From: an uncultured Treponema sp.
Lineage (GTDB): Bacteria > Spirochaetota > Spirochaetia > Treponematales > Treponemataceae
Direction: 5' to 3'
DNA length: 64,000 nt
NCBI GenBank assembly: GCA_947178095.1
Contig: CAMWWZ010000001.1
Span: 34,145 to 98,144 of the forward strand
Below, one piece after another: positions 19,133-29,554 of this stretch (position 1 is the stretch's first letter; each line of letters starts with the position of its first letter). The position numbers were made by a program, and so were the translations under genes. The notes under the pieces were generated by a model that worked only from the letters and a program-made list of their open reading frames with translations, was not told the origin of the DNA and did no database searches.

Positions 19133-19615
19133 TTGAAAACGATTTTTTTTCGAAAAATGATTTTTGCCGCGGCGGTGTTTTTTTGCCTTTCGAATTTTTC
19201 ATGCGCGAAAAATTCCTCGATTAAAGAAAACAAAAATCTTCCGCGAAAAAATCTCACGATAAAAACTTCGGACGGCGCGTCCGTTTCGATTCTTGCGGAA
19301 ATCGCCTCCACGGACGAGACAAGGGCAAAAGGCTTCATGTTCCGGAAAAAAATTCCCGACGGAACTGGAATGCTTTTCGTATACGAAAGCGACAGCGTGC
19401 TTTCGTTTTGGATGAAGAACACGCCCACCCCGCTTTCCATCGCCTACATCGACTACAAAGGCCAAATAAAGGACATCTTTGACATGAAGCCCTACAACCT
19501 GAACAGCGTCACGAGCAGAGGATTCGTGCGATACGCGCTTGAAGTTCCACAAGGCTATTTCGCCCGCGCGGGCATACGATCAGGCGACTTCCTTGAACTG
19601 GATTTTTTGGACTGA
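19133..19615 (+). CDS. DUF192 family protein
   Basis: RAKGFMFR, GMLFVY, FWMKNTPTPLSIAYID, YALEVPQG. Confidence 0.9.
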   Translation: MKTIFFRKMIFAAAVFFCLSNFSCAKNSSIKENKNLPRKNLTIKTSDGASVSILAEIASTDETRAKGFMFRKKIPDGTGMLFVYESDSVLSFWMKNTPTPLSIAYIDYKGQIKDIFDMKPYNLNSVTSRGFVRYALEVPQGYFARAGIRSGDFLELDFLD

Positions 19616-19674
19616 AAATTTCATGCGCGGAAAACGCAAAAAAAAGCATCGCTTGCAAGCGCGCTTTTGCATTT

Positions 19675-20250
19675 TCATTTAAAAGTGAAATATTCCGCCG
19701 ACGCATCGAACGGAGGATGCTTTTTGTCCTTTTCGCTCAGATTCAGTTCCGCGCCGAAATCAGGCCATTCAATTCCAATCGCCGCGTCGTTCCAAAGGAT
19801 TCCGCCCTCGTCCTCGGGATGGTAGAAATCCGTGCACTTGTACGCGAAAATCGCCTCGTCGCTCAACACGCAAAATCCGTGCGCGAAACCTTCGGGAATG
19901 TAGAATTGGTTTTGCCTTTGCGCGTCAAGGACGACGCCGTAATGCTTTCCGAACGTCGCAGAACCTTTCCGCAAATCCAAAGCCACGTCGTAGACTTTTC
20001 CAGAAACCGCGCGTACGAGCTTTCCCTGCGGATGCGTTTTTTGAAAATGAAGTCCGCGCAAAACGCCTTTTTTGGAAAACGACTGGTTGTCCTGCACGAA
20101 GCGCATTTTTAAGCCCGCCTCGAAAAAGTCGCGCTCGCTGTAACTTTCGAAAAAATATCCTCGCGAATCGCCGAAAACTTTCGGCATGATTTCATACAAG
20201 CCTGAAATCTTTTCGCCGCCCTTTTCAAAGCATTCCTTGAATTCAAACAT
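19675..20250 (-). CDS. rfbC: dTDP-4-dehydrorhamnose 3,5-epimerase
   Basis: FGDSRGYFFES, VQDNQSFS, GVLRGLHFQ, GFAHGF. Confidence 0.96.
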   Translation of the reverse strand: MFEFKECFEKGGEKISGLYEIMPKVFGDSRGYFFESYSERDFFEAGLKMRFVQDNQSFSKKGVLRGLHFQKTHPQGKLVRAVSGKVYDVALDLRKGSATFGKHYGVVLDAQRQNQFYIPEGFAHGFCVLSDEAIFAYKCTDFYHPEDEGGILWNDAAIGIEWPDFGAELNLSEKDKKHPPFDASAEYFTFK

Positions 20251-20261
20251 TTTTCCACCCG

Positions 20262-21131
20262 TCATCCGGCAATGTATTTCAGATATTCGCCGTAAACCGT
20301 CTTGTAAGTCGCCGCGAGAGCCAAAAGCGAGTCGCGCGAAATCCAGCCATTATTGTAGGCGATTTCTTCGATGCAGGAAACATACATTCCCTGACGCTTT
20401 TGAATCGTCGCGATGAAATTGCTCGCCTCCAAAAGTCCGTCGTAAGTTCCGGTGTCGAGCCACGCCATTCCGCGCCCGAGAAGTTCCACCGAAAGACTTC
20501 CACGCTTCAAATATTCATTGTTCACGGAAGTGATTTCGATTTCTCCGCGCGCGCTCGGTTTTACGTTCGCGGCGATTTCAACCACAGAATTGTCGTAAAA
20601 ATAAAGCCCCGGCACGGCGTAGTTCGACTTTGGCTTTTCGGGCTTTTCTTCGATTCCCAAAACCTTTCCTTCGCCGTCAAATTCCACCACTCCATACGCC
20701 GAAGGCTCTTTTACAAAGTAGCCAAAAATCACGCCGCCACCGCCGCTCTCAACGGCCGCCCTCGCCTTTTTCAAAGTGGAAGTGAAACTTTGTCCATAGA
20801 AAATGTTGTCGCCCAAAACCAGCGCGACAGAATCGTTCCCGATAAAATCTTTTCCCAAAATGAAAGCGTCCGCAAGACCGCGCGGCTTTTCCTGCACCGC
20901 GTATTCGAATTTCATTCCGAGCCAATTTCCATCTCCGAAAAGCTCGCGGAAAAACGGCAGGTCGCGCGGAGTGGAAATCACGAGCACTTCGCGTATTCCG
21001 GCCAGCATCAGCACGGACAGCGGATAGTAGACCATAGGCTTGTCGTACAACGGCAGAATCTGCTTTGAGACCGCGCGGGTTATCGGGTAAAGCCGCGTTC
21101 CCGAACCGCCTGCAAGAATTATCCCTTTCAT
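20262..21131 (-). CDS. rfbA: Glucose-1-phosphate thymidylyltransferase
   Basis: [34 protein letters not shown]. Confidence 0.97.
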   Translation of the reverse strand: MKGIILAGGSGTRLYPITRAVSKQILPLYDKPMVYYPLSVLMLAGIREVLVISTPRDLPFFRELFGDGNWLGMKFEYAVQEKPRGLADAFILGKDFIGNDSVALVLGDNIFYGQSFTSTLKKARAAVESGGGGVIFGYFVKEPSAYGVVEFDGEGKVLGIEEKPEKPKSNYAVPGLYFYDNSVVEIAANVKPSARGEIEITSVNNEYLKRGSLSVELLGRGMAWLDTGTYDGLLEASNFIATIQKRQGMYVSCIEEIAYNNGWISRDSLLALAATYKTVYGEYLKYIAG

Positions 21132-21137
21132 ATCATA

Positions 21138-21166
21138 ATTTTAACACGAAATCAATTTCATTGCAA
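21138..21166 (-). promoter_or_regulatory. Sigma70-type promoter for rfbA-rfbC
   Basis: TTGCAA-17 bp-TAAAAT on the minus strand. Confidence 0.5.
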
Positions 21167-21185
21167 GCAGTTTTTTGCTCAAGGC

Positions 21186-22316
21186 TCATTGCGAACCTTT
21201 TTGTGCGACATTCTCGAGATTCTTTCCCTTGTTGATTTTAACTCTTCTCCGCCTGCGCGCGCTTTTTTTGTTGCCCAAAATTATCGCCACGGGATTCATC
21301 GAAGGAATGTTCTCGCAGACGATTTTTATGAAAACCGTAAATGGCACCGCCAAAATCATTCCGACGAATCCCCAAATCCATCCCCAAATCGAAAGGCTCA
21401 CCAAAATGAAAAACGGCGATATTCCTAAATTCTCGCCTTCGATTCTCGGCTCGACGATGTTTCCCAAAATGAAATTCACCGCGAGCATCAAAATCGCCAC
21501 AGCGATGACGGGCGGCCATTTCGGGAAAAATTGCACGAACGCGAAAAACGTCGTAATCACGAACGAAATCGTGCTTCCGAAAGTCGGGATGAAATTCAAA
21601 AGGAACGCGATGAACGCCCAAATCGCGGCGAAGTCCAGCCTGATTGCCAGCGCGCCCAAATAGACCAAAATTCCCGTCGCAAGCGATACGATGAATTTTA
21701 TCGAAAAGAACCGCGTCGTGTCCACGATGACGTTCACGATTATCGACTTCACGCGATGGCGCATCTTTCCTTCGAACGCGAGCGAAATTTTCATTTGGAA
21801 ATCGTTCGCCTCGATGAGCAAAAAAGTGTAGAGCAAAAAAACTATGAAAATGTTTTTGACGAATCCAATCGCCGAGCCTGAAAGAGAAAGCGCGAAACGC
21901 TGCAAGTATTGCATTATCCGCAACTGCCCGAAAATGTTTTCGATCAAAGTCTTTCCTTCGTCATAGCTCAAATTGAAAGTCACGGAAAGCTGCCTGTAAA
22001 TCGAGAGGAAGCGTTTTTCGTATTTCGGATACGCAGAAATTATCGCGCTGACGCTGCTTTGCAAAAGGCTCGCCATTCCCGCAATCAGCGCGGCGAAAAA
22101 AATCAGCGTGCACACGATTCCAAAGAACCACGGGACGCGAAATTTTTTGTGAATCTTCTGCAAAAGCGGAAGCACGACGAGCGAAAGGAAAATCGCGATC
22201 ACAAGCGGGATCGAAAATGACTGCGTGATTTTCAAGATGGTCACGAAAAGCACGCAACTCAAAGCGAGGAGAACATTGTAGATGCCGCGCGTGTAGTCGC
22301 GCCCGTCTTCTTCCAT
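21186..22316 (-). CDS. AI-2E family transporter
   Basis: Multi-TM; FLLNFIPTFGS, GNIVEPRIEG, WGWIWGFVGMILAVP. Confidence 0.9.
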   Translation of the reverse strand: MEEDGRDYTRGIYNVLLALSCVLFVTILKITQSFSIPLVIAIFLSLVVLPLLQKIHKKFRVPWFFGIVCTLIFFAALIAGMASLLQSSVSAIISAYPKYEKRFLSIYRQLSVTFNLSYDEGKTLIENIFGQLRIMQYLQRFALSLSGSAIGFVKNIFIVFLLYTFLLIEANDFQMKISLAFEGKMRHRVKSIIVNVIVDTTRFFSIKFIVSLATGILVYLGALAIRLDFAAIWAFIAFLLNFIPTFGSTISFVITTFFAFVQFFPKWPPVIAVAILMLAVNFILGNIVEPRIEGENLGISPFFILVSLSIWGWIWGFVGMILAVPFTVFIKIVCENIPSMNPVAIILGNKKSARRRRRVKINKGKNLENVAQKGSQ

Positions 22317-22325
22317 AATCAGTTC

Positions 22326-23603
22326 CTAGTTTTTTGGAGAAATTTTTTCGAATCCGCAGAAAGGCACGAGCACTTTCGGAATCGTAATCGAGCCATCGGC
22401 GTTTTGGAAATTTTCGATGATGGCGAGCATCGCGCGTCCCACGGCGATCGCAGTTCCGTTGAGCATGTGCACGAATTTATTCTTTCCGTCGGAATCTTTG
22501 AAGCGCACTCCGAGCCTGCGCGCCTGATAGTCCGTGCAGTTCGATGTCGAAGTGACTTCGCCGTATTCGCCGCCGTTTCGTCCCGGCATCCATGCTTCCA
22601 AATCCCATTTGCGATATGCTGGCGCGCCCAAGTCGCCTGTGCACGTGTCCACGACGCGGAAAGGAATTTCAAGTCCTGTAAAAATTTCTTCTTCGATGCT
22701 CCGCAATTTTTCGTGGAGCGCGTCGCTTTGCTCGGGCAGGCAGTACACGAACATTTCAACTTTGTCAAACTGATGCACGCGGTAAAGTCCTTTGCTGAAT
22801 TGCCCTGCCGCTCCAGCCTCGCGTCTGAAACAATGCGAAAGTCCGCAATACATAAGCGGAAGATTTTCTTTGTTCAGGATTTCGCCTGAATGGTAGCCGC
22901 CAAGCGTGATTTCCGCCGTCGCCACAAGGCACGTTCCCTCGTCTTCGATGCAATAGACGTTGCTTTCGTTTCCGCGCGGATTGAATCCGATTCCCTGCAA
23001 GATTTCCTGCCTCGCCAAATCGGGCGTGATGAAAGTCGTGAAGCCATGCTTTCGCAAAATGCCGAGCGCGTACATTATCAAAGCCTGCTCCAAAAAAACC
23101 GCCTCGTTTTTGAGATAGTAGAATTTCTGCCCAGAGACTTTCGTTCCGCGCTCGAAGTCCACGAGGTCGAGCTCTTCCATAAGTTGGACATGATCGCGCG
23201 CCTCAAAATCGAACTTTCGCGGAACGCCGACTTTTTTCACTTCGAGATTTTCGGTGTCGAGCTTTCCCACAGGTGCGTCGGGATGCGCCATGTTCGGAAT
23301 CTTCCGAGCGGCTTCTTCAAGTCGCGCCTCGATTTCCTCGCAGTCTTTTTCCACTTCGGAAATCGCGTCCTTTACGCGCTTTCCTTCTTCGATGAGCTTT
23401 TGGCGCGATTCGGCATCCATCTTGCCTTTCATCGCGGCGGCGTTTTCGTTTCGCTTTTGCTGGAGTTCCTGCCGCTTAGTCACGAGTGCCGTCCGCCTGT
23501 CGTAAAGTTCCACGACGGCATCAGCGTCCGCGCTCATGTTGCGGTTCTTTATGTTTTCTTTTACCGCGTCGAGATTTTCTTTTATGAATCTGTAGTCAAG
23601 CAT
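22326..23603 (-). CDS. serS: Serine--tRNA ligase
   Basis: N-terminal coiled coil, TAE, FRREAG, RVHQFDKVE, EVTSTSNCTDYQARR, HMLNGT. Confidence 0.97.
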   Translation of the reverse strand: MLDYRFIKENLDAVKENIKNRNMSADADAVVELYDRRTALVTKRQELQQKRNENAAAMKGKMDAESRQKLIEEGKRVKDAISEVEKDCEEIEARLEEAARKIPNMAHPDAPVGKLDTENLEVKKVGVPRKFDFEARDHVQLMEELDLVDFERGTKVSGQKFYYLKNEAVFLEQALIMYALGILRKHGFTTFITPDLARQEILQGIGFNPRGNESNVYCIEDEGTCLVATAEITLGGYHSGEILNKENLPLMYCGLSHCFRREAGAAGQFSKGLYRVHQFDKVEMFVYCLPEQSDALHEKLRSIEEEIFTGLEIPFRVVDTCTGDLGAPAYRKWDLEAWMPGRNGGEYGEVTSTSNCTDYQARRLGVRFKDSDGKNKFVHMLNGTAIAVGRAMLAIIENFQNADGSITIPKVLVPFCGFEKISPKN

Positions 23604-23624
23604 TTTCTTCTTCCTAATTTTAAT

Positions 23625-24341
23625 TTATTGGATTTCATAAACGCACGAAACCGTGACGCTTACGATCTGCTTTCCAGGACTAACCATAGTGGATTCGCCA
23701 GCGGCAAGATCCATCGCCATTTTCGCAGAATTGTTCATCACGGACCTGAATCCGCCGTTGCGCTCTTCCGCGATCGAAACGATTTGCCCGAGTTCCGCGC
23801 CGGCGGTCTTCGCCATGAGGTTCGCGGCTTCATACGCTTGCTTTACCGCCTGCGTCCTTGCCTCGCGCAGCGCGCCTTCCATGTCGTTCACTGAAAAATC
23901 GATCGAGGAAAATTCGTTCGCGCCTGCGTTCACGGCAATGTCAATCGCGTTTCCGATATTGGAAATGTTTCGCACGACTATGTGCATCGAATTTGAGACG
24001 CGGTAGTCGCCGCGAATCGGCAAGCCGTTTCTGTACGAGACATCCTGATTTATCGTGTAGCCGTCCGTGACAATCGAATCGGCGGAATGCCCAGCCTCGA
24101 TGAGGTCGGCACGCACTTTCGCGACTGCTTCTGCGTTGAGGCGGCTCGCTTCCACCACAGAACGGTTTGAAGTTACGACCGCCATGTTTATCGTAGCGAT
24201 GTCGGCCTGCACGCCCACAGTTCCGGTTCCGCTCACAGTAACCGTTCGGCTCTGCTTTGAATCTTCGCTCGGCTTTTGCAAGACGCACGAAGAAAAAATT
24301 GCCGCGAGGAAAATTGTTCCCGCCAAAAAATGCTTTTTCAT
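23625..24341 (-). CDS. SIMPL (DUF541) domain lipoprotein
   Basis: Lipobox FSSC; TVTVSGTGTV...AD.A; REARTQAV..A...A. Confidence 0.88.
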   Translation of the reverse strand: MKKHFLAGTIFLAAIFSSCVLQKPSEDSKQSRTVTVSGTGTVGVQADIATINMAVVTSNRSVVEASRLNAEAVAKVRADLIEAGHSADSIVTDGYTINQDVSYRNGLPIRGDYRVSNSMHIVVRNISNIGNAIDIAVNAGANEFSSIDFSVNDMEGALREARTQAVKQAYEAANLMAKTAGAELGQIVSIAEERNGGFRSVMNNSAKMAMDLAAGESTMVSPGKQIVSVTVSCVYEIQ

Positions 24342-24356
24342 AAAACCTCCGAAAAA

Positions 24357-25994
24357 TTATCGTATGTTGATATAAAATCTTTTCAAATAAATTCCGCGCT
24401 CGTTCGCCCGCGTCCAAAATTTGCTTTGCGGAAAATTTTTCACGACTGTATCGTAAGAGCCAATCGCGGACTTTATGTCGCGCACTTCGGACTGCGCTTC
24501 AAGGACAAGCCCTTGAAGATAGAATCCTGCGTCGAAATCCGACGTGGCAACTTCAAAAAAACTTTTCAGCAAGGACAAAGCGTCGGCATAGCGTTTTTCG
24601 TCATAGGCGGTTTGCGCGCGACGCAGAAAGTCCTGCGCGGCATTTCCGTCTTTTTGCTGCGAGGACGAAACATTCTTGTCCTCTTTCATGCCAACGGAAT
24701 TTTCCGAAGCCGCGATGGAAGTGAGGCTCGCATCGTCCTTGGACTCACTTCGAGAATCCTGAATTGCGGTCTGCACGCGCTCCGTGGGACGATTTTCAGT
24801 TTTCGCAGGAGCGGGTGGACTTTCGTCCAATTTTTTCTCAAAGCCGGCGTTTGGTACAGTCTTCTCATCAACGCCCGAATCTTGCGAAACCGTGCCTTCG
24901 TCGATGGAAGCCACTTCCGTTTTCTCATCGCTGGATTCGCGCGCAAGATTTTCACGCTCGAATTTTTTCGGCACGGCTTGCGCGTAGGACGGTGCTATGA
25001 CGTGCGAAGAATCAAGCGCGTTCACGTCGCCAATTTCTATGGCGATGTAGTCGTCAATGTAGTTTCCCGTGAGCGCGTCATTCTTGTAAAAATGCAAAAT
25101 CGCGTTTCCGGCTTTTTTCGAGCGCAAAGTGAACACACAATCTTCGTCGTCAAAAGTGCGTCCATAAAAAGTGAAATGCTCCGAGCCGTTCACTTCGCCA
25201 AGATAAATCCAGCCGCTTCCGGGATAAATTATGTCCACGAATTGATTGCGCTTAAGGCTCATCGTGCGAGACGGAACTACGATTTCATTTTCCGCAACTT
25301 CCACGGCTGCATCCTCATTTTCAGGATTCGCGCTTTCGGAATTTGCTTCTTCCAAATCAGAATTTTTTTCGCCTTGAAAATCATATTTCTCAGACAAATC
25401 GCTCATGGCTTGTTGCGGCTCTTCCGAAATTTTTTCTTGGGAAAGATTCTCGTCACCAGCGGGAAAATCCGTCGCCAAGATTTCCTCTTCCAAAAGAGGC
25501 AAGGCCAGCTCTTCGGTTTGCGAATCGTCCTCGATTTGGGCGGGGATTTCCGCCTCCGCCAATTCCGTCGCCGCGTCAATTTCCTCCGAAACATCTTCTA
25601 TCTCAACATCGGAATCAGCGATTTCAGACGGGGGAATTTCTCCCTGCTCCAAAAGGCCTTCCAATTCGTCGATTTCATCTTGAGGAATTTTTTCTGCGAG
25701 ATCTTCAATTTCCGCCGCTTCGATTTGGGCATTTTCAACTTCGTTTTCGGGAATTTGCGAATCGGAAATTTCGGCTTCGTCATCTTGCGATTCGGGAATT
25801 TCGTTTTCAGGAATTTCTGAATCGGAAATTTCCATTTCTTCATTTTGTGAATCAGAAATTGCGCTTTCATCGGCTTGGAAAATTTCGCCTGCGTCGGAAA
25901 AATTCTGCGCAGCGTTTTCGGCAGAAGAATTCGTGGTCTTGCAAGAAGAGAAAAAAATTGCGCTTGCAAAAATCAAAAATGCGATTTTTTTCAC
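24357..25994 (-). CDS. Hypothetical lipoprotein with acidic low-complexity N-terminus and C-terminal TPR-like domain
   Basis: Lipobox FSSC; E/D-rich repeats; C-terminal helical pairs (AQTAYDEKRYADAL..., YLQGLVLE). Confidence 0.75.
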   Translation of the reverse strand: MKKIAFLIFASAIFFSSCKTTNSSAENAAQNFSDAGEIFQADESAISDSQNEEMEISDSEIPENEIPESQDDEAEISDSQIPENEVENAQIEAAEIEDLAEKIPQDEIDELEGLLEQGEIPPSEIADSDVEIEDVSEEIDAATELAEAEIPAQIEDDSQTEELALPLLEEEILATDFPAGDENLSQEKISEEPQQAMSDLSEKYDFQGEKNSDLEEANSESANPENEDAAVEVAENEIVVPSRTMSLKRNQFVDIIYPGSGWIYLGEVNGSEHFTFYGRTFDDEDCVFTLRSKKAGNAILHFYKNDALTGNYIDDYIAIEIGDVNALDSSHVIAPSYAQAVPKKFERENLARESSDEKTEVASIDEGTVSQDSGVDEKTVPNAGFEKKLDESPPAPAKTENRPTERVQTAIQDSRSESKDDASLTSIAASENSVGMKEDKNVSSSQQKDGNAAQDFLRRAQTAYDEKRYADALSLLKSFFEVATSDFDAGFYLQGLVLEAQSEVRDIKSAIGSYDTVVKNFPQSKFWTRANERGIYLKRFYINIR

Positions 25995-26359
25995 GGCGCG
26001 ACTCCAAGCATTTCAATAACCATCGCGTCGTTCGCGGACGAAAGTTTTTCAATCAAGGCATCGTCAGGTCGCGTGAAATGTCGTTCGACTTCGCTTTCGC
26101 TCCAGCGTTCGGATTTTCGGCGGCTCAAGGAATAGCCTTGAGGCACGGAAGAATCATGCGGCAAAAGCAGCTCTTGGTCGGCGACAAATGGCGGCGGCTC
26201 GTAAGGCTGAACCTTGCTTTTTTTCGCGTCAGGCGCGAACGCCATGACAATCAGCGCGACGCAAAAAAACAGCACGAGGATTGCGGAAATCAAAACCGCC
26301 TTTTTCCGCTCCGAGAGAAAGTCTTGGACATTTTCCGCGATTTGCGAAAAGCCGATCAC
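25991..26359 (-). CDS. Hypothetical single-TM protein
   Basis: One TM helix; start and stop overlap both neighbours. Confidence 0.7.
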   Translation of the reverse strand: MIGFSQIAENVQDFLSERKKAVLISAILVLFFCVALIVMAFAPDAKKSKVQPYEPPPFVADQELLLPHDSSVPQGYSLSRRKSERWSESEVERHFTRPDDALIEKLSSANDAMVIEMLGVAP

Positions 26360-29300
26360 TCGCCGCCCTCCGTAATATTTCCGCCTTCCTGCGCGGGCGT
26401 TTCGTCTGCGAGATTTTCGCCGCTTGCCTGCGCGGGCGTTTCTTCCTCGCGGGTTTCGGGCGCGTCATTTTGCGGCAAGGAATCTTTCGGATTTTGCGCG
26501 CCTTCGTTTTTCTTGCGGCGCGGCGGACGCGGCGGAATCACGACTCCTTCTTCGGACGGAACGTCCTCTTCCACGAAAGGCTCGCTCGCGTAGGCATCGT
26601 CGCTGTATTCGCTCTTTATTTTTTCGATATCGTCGTCAAGGCGAAGCGCGATGACTTTGGAAACGCCCGACTCTTCCATCGTAACGCCGAGCGTCGTGCT
26701 TGCGCCAAGCACGGTTTTCTTATTGTGCGTGATGACGATGTATTGGCTCACGTTCGCAAAACTCTTGAGCGTCGTGACGAAGCTCGAGACGTTCTTGTCG
26801 TCCAAAGCAGCGTCGATTTCGTCGAGCAGGCAGAACGGGCTTGGACGCACTTGGTACGTCGCGAAAAGAAGCGCGATCGCAGTCATCGTTTTTTCTCCGC
26901 CCGAAAGCAGCGCGATGTTCTCAAGCTTTTTTCCCGGCGGCTGCGCGAAAATGTCGATTCCGGTGGAAAGTACGCTCTCGGGATTTTCCAGGCGAAGTTC
27001 CGCGCGTCCTCCGTTGAAAAGGCGGCGGAACATATTGTGGAAATTGCGCTTTATCTTGTTGTATGTGTCCAAAAAAAGCTCGCTGGACTTCGAGCGGATT
27101 TCTTCCGCCACGCGCTCCAAATCCTTGAGCGATTTCTGCGTGTCGTCGAAGTTCGCCTGCTGGCGTTCGTAGCGTTCTTTTACTTCCACGAATTCTTCTG
27201 GTGCCATCAAATTTATTCCGTGCGAAAGGCTTTCAAGCTCGGACTTTTTCTTGGAAAGCGAGTCGCGGATTTCGGCGGCCGGAGTCGTAATCGTGTACAT
27301 GTGCTCTTCGTATTCCATCAGGTCGCGCGAATATTGGTCGAGGAAATTCTGCTTGACGTTCCGGATTTCGGTTTCCACTTGAATCATCGAATTCGAAAGC
27401 TGCTCGTACTGCGTCTGGAATCGATTCAAGGTTTCCTGCTTTTTGTTGAGATCGTTCGTCTTGCCGGAAACCTTGTTGTTGTAGTCTTTGATTTCCTCGT
27501 CGAGCCTTTTTAGGTTTTCGGCGGTTTCCATTCCGCGCCGCTCGATTTCGGCAAGTTCCTCGGCAATGCCTTCGATCTGTTCCTGCAAGTCTTCCTTGCG
27601 CTTGCGCTCGGTGAAAAGCTCTTCCTCGTTTTGGCGGAGCGTGTTTTCCTCGGCGGAAATGCTTCTGCGCAAAAGCGACATCTGCGACTGCGCGGCGGAA
27701 ATTTGCTCGTTCATTTTCGCTTCGTTCACTTGGAGCGCGGCGAGAGTCTGGCGATATTCGTCGATTTTTTCCGAAAGAGAATCGTTCTCTTTTTTCAGTT
27801 CTGCAATGCGCGATTCAAGCGCGGAAATTTGGCTTATGTTGTCGTGAATCCTTTCGTCGATTCCGCGCTTTTTCGTGATGATTCCTTCCGGGCTCAAAAA
27901 TTCGCCGATGAATTGCGGAGAAGACGAAATGTATGAAGAAAGCGCGTCCTCAAGATTTTGCAGCATTGAAAGCGTCTCGCCGAAAGCCGAAAGCGCGTCC
28001 TGCGCGACTTTCTGCGGATTCGCCTCGCCGCCCTGCGCGATGTCGCCGAAAATGTTTTTTCTTCCTTCCACGAAAATCTTGAGCCGCTCCAAAGTTTCTT
28101 CGAGCGCGCCCTTTGCATTTTCCATCGCGCTTTGCGAATAGCCCGCGTCCTTGAGCTTCGCGTCAAGTTCCGTCACGATGTCCTCGGTTATGGCGGTGAG
28201 TTCCTTTTGCAAATCCGCGCGCGCCAAGTTGAGGCTTTCGATCATTTCCTGCTTTTCTTTCGCCTGAATGTCGTTGTTCGTGATTGTGCCGGAAGCCGTG
28301 GCGATGTTCTCGTTGAACGAGGCGATGTTTTCTTTTATGCCCGAAAGCTGCTTTTGCTTTTCGTAGACTGAAGCCTCCGCCTCGCCCAATTCTTCGCCGA
28401 GGTCGTCGATGCGCGACTGGATCGTCTTTTTGTGCGCTTCGAGCGTGGAAATTTTTTCGTCGATTTCAGCGGCGCGCGAATTGAACTGCTTTTGCAATTC
28501 TTGCTTTCCGGTTTTTTCGCCCTGGATTTTTATGAGTTCCTGCGTGCCGAGCGCGACTTGGTCTTGGAGCGACTTTATCTTGTCGGTGTTTTCGGTGAGC
28601 GCGCTATTTATCGCGTCGATTTCCTCGCGGACCGCGGCGCGTTTTTGCTCGATTTCCTTTTTGGAAGCCTCGCCGCGCGTCTTTGTTTCGACAAAGCCTT
28701 TGAGTTTCAAAAGCTGCAAGTCAAGCTGCAAGTTGAAAACTTCTTCTTTTACGGCGCGATATTTCGTGGTTTTTTCGGACTGGACTTTGAGCCGCTCGTA
28801 GTTCGTCTTTATTTCGGCAAGCGAAATTTCGATTTGCGAAAGGTTTGTCCGAGTCTTTTCAAGCTCGCGCTCGGCCTCCGCCACTTCCGCCTTTGAGCGG
28901 CTGATTCCAGCGGCTTCCTCGAAAAGGTAGCGGCGGTCTTCGGGCTTGCTCGAAAGAACTTGGTCGATCTTGCCCTGCTCCATCACAGAATACGCGGCCT
29001 TTCCAACGCCCGTGTCCATGAAAAGCTGCCTGATTTCGCGCGGGCCGACTTGCCGGTTGTTTATGAAATACGCCGATTCGCCCGAACGGAAAAGGCGGCG
29101 TTTTATCGCGATTTCCGCGTCCTCGAGCGGAAGCAATGAATTTTCGTTCAGAATCGTGAGCGTGACTTCCGCCACGTTGAGCGGCGGTCGGGTTTCCGTA
29201 CCGTTGAAAATCACGTCTTCCATTTTGTCGGCGCGGAGGTTTTTGGATTTGTTTTCCGCTAAAACCCATTTCATCGCGTCCACGACATTGCTTTTTCCGC

Positions 29301-29403
29301 AGCCGTTCGGTCCGAGAAGGGCCGTGATTCCGTCGGCGAAATCCACATGCGTGCGGTCGGCGAAACTTTTGAATCCGAAAATGTCCAAACTCTTTAAAAA
29401 CAC
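26356..29403 (-). CDS. smc: Chromosome segregation protein SMC (short, atypical hinge)
   Basis: GFKSF, Walker A GPNGCGKSN, Q-loop, signature LSGGE, Walker B LLDEIDAALD, ITH; start approximate (track 29421). Confidence 0.95.
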   Translation of the reverse strand: MFLKSLDIFGFKSFADRTHVDFADGITALLGPNGCGKSNVVDAMKWVLAENKSKNLRADKMEDVIFNGTETRPPLNVAEVTLTILNENSLLPLEDAEIAIKRRLFRSGESAYFINNRQVGPREIRQLFMDTGVGKAAYSVMEQGKIDQVLSSKPEDRRYLFEEAAGISRSKAEVAEAERELEKTRTNLSQIEISLAEIKTNYERLKVQSEKTTKYRAVKEEVFNLQLDLQLLKLKGFVETKTRGEASKKEIEQKRAAVREEIDAINSALTENTDKIKSLQDQVALGTQELIKIQGEKTGKQELQKQFNSRAAEIDEKISTLEAHKKTIQSRIDDLGEELGEAEASVYEKQKQLSGIKENIASFNENIATASGTITNNDIQAKEKQEMIESLNLARADLQKELTAITEDIVTELDAKLKDAGYSQSAMENAKGALEETLERLKIFVEGRKNIFGDIAQGGEANPQKVAQDALSAFGETLSMLQNLEDALSSYISSSPQFIGEFLSPEGIITKKRGIDERIHDNISQISALESRIAELKKENDSLSEKIDEYRQTLAALQVNEAKMNEQISAAQSQMSLLRRSISAEENTLRQNEEELFTERKRKEDLQEQIEGIAEELAEIERRGMETAENLKRLDEEIKDYNNKVSGKTNDLNKKQETLNRFQTQYEQLSNSMIQVETEIRNVKQNFLDQYSRDLMEYEEHMYTITTPAAEIRDSLSKKKSELESLSHGINLMAPEEFVEVKERYERQQANFDDTQKSLKDLERVAEEIRSKSSELFLDTYNKIKRNFHNMFRRLFNGGRAELRLENPESVLSTGIDIFAQPPGKKLENIALLSGGEKTMTAIALLFATYQVRPSPFCLLDEIDAALDDKNVSSFVTTLKSFANVSQYIVITHNKKTVLGASTTLGVTMEESGVSKVIALRLDDDIEKIKSEYSDDAYASEPFVEEDVPSEEGVVIPPRPPRRKKNEGAQNPKDSLPQNDAPETREEETPAQASGENLADETPAQEGGNITEGGE

Positions 29404-29554
29404 GTTTTTTCCACCAAACAAAAAGTGTCTTCATTTTAATGGATTTCGGGAAAAATTGCAAGTGTAATTCTGCCCTTTATTTGGGAAACATTGAGCCGAG
29501 AGAACAGTCCGATTGCCTCATCGGGAAGCGGATAGAGCTCCATTTCTTTCCCGT

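Noticed and set aside
19675-21131. rfbA-rfbC without rfbB/rfbD
   Set aside because: Split rhamnose pathways are common; the other genes are probably elsewhere in the genome
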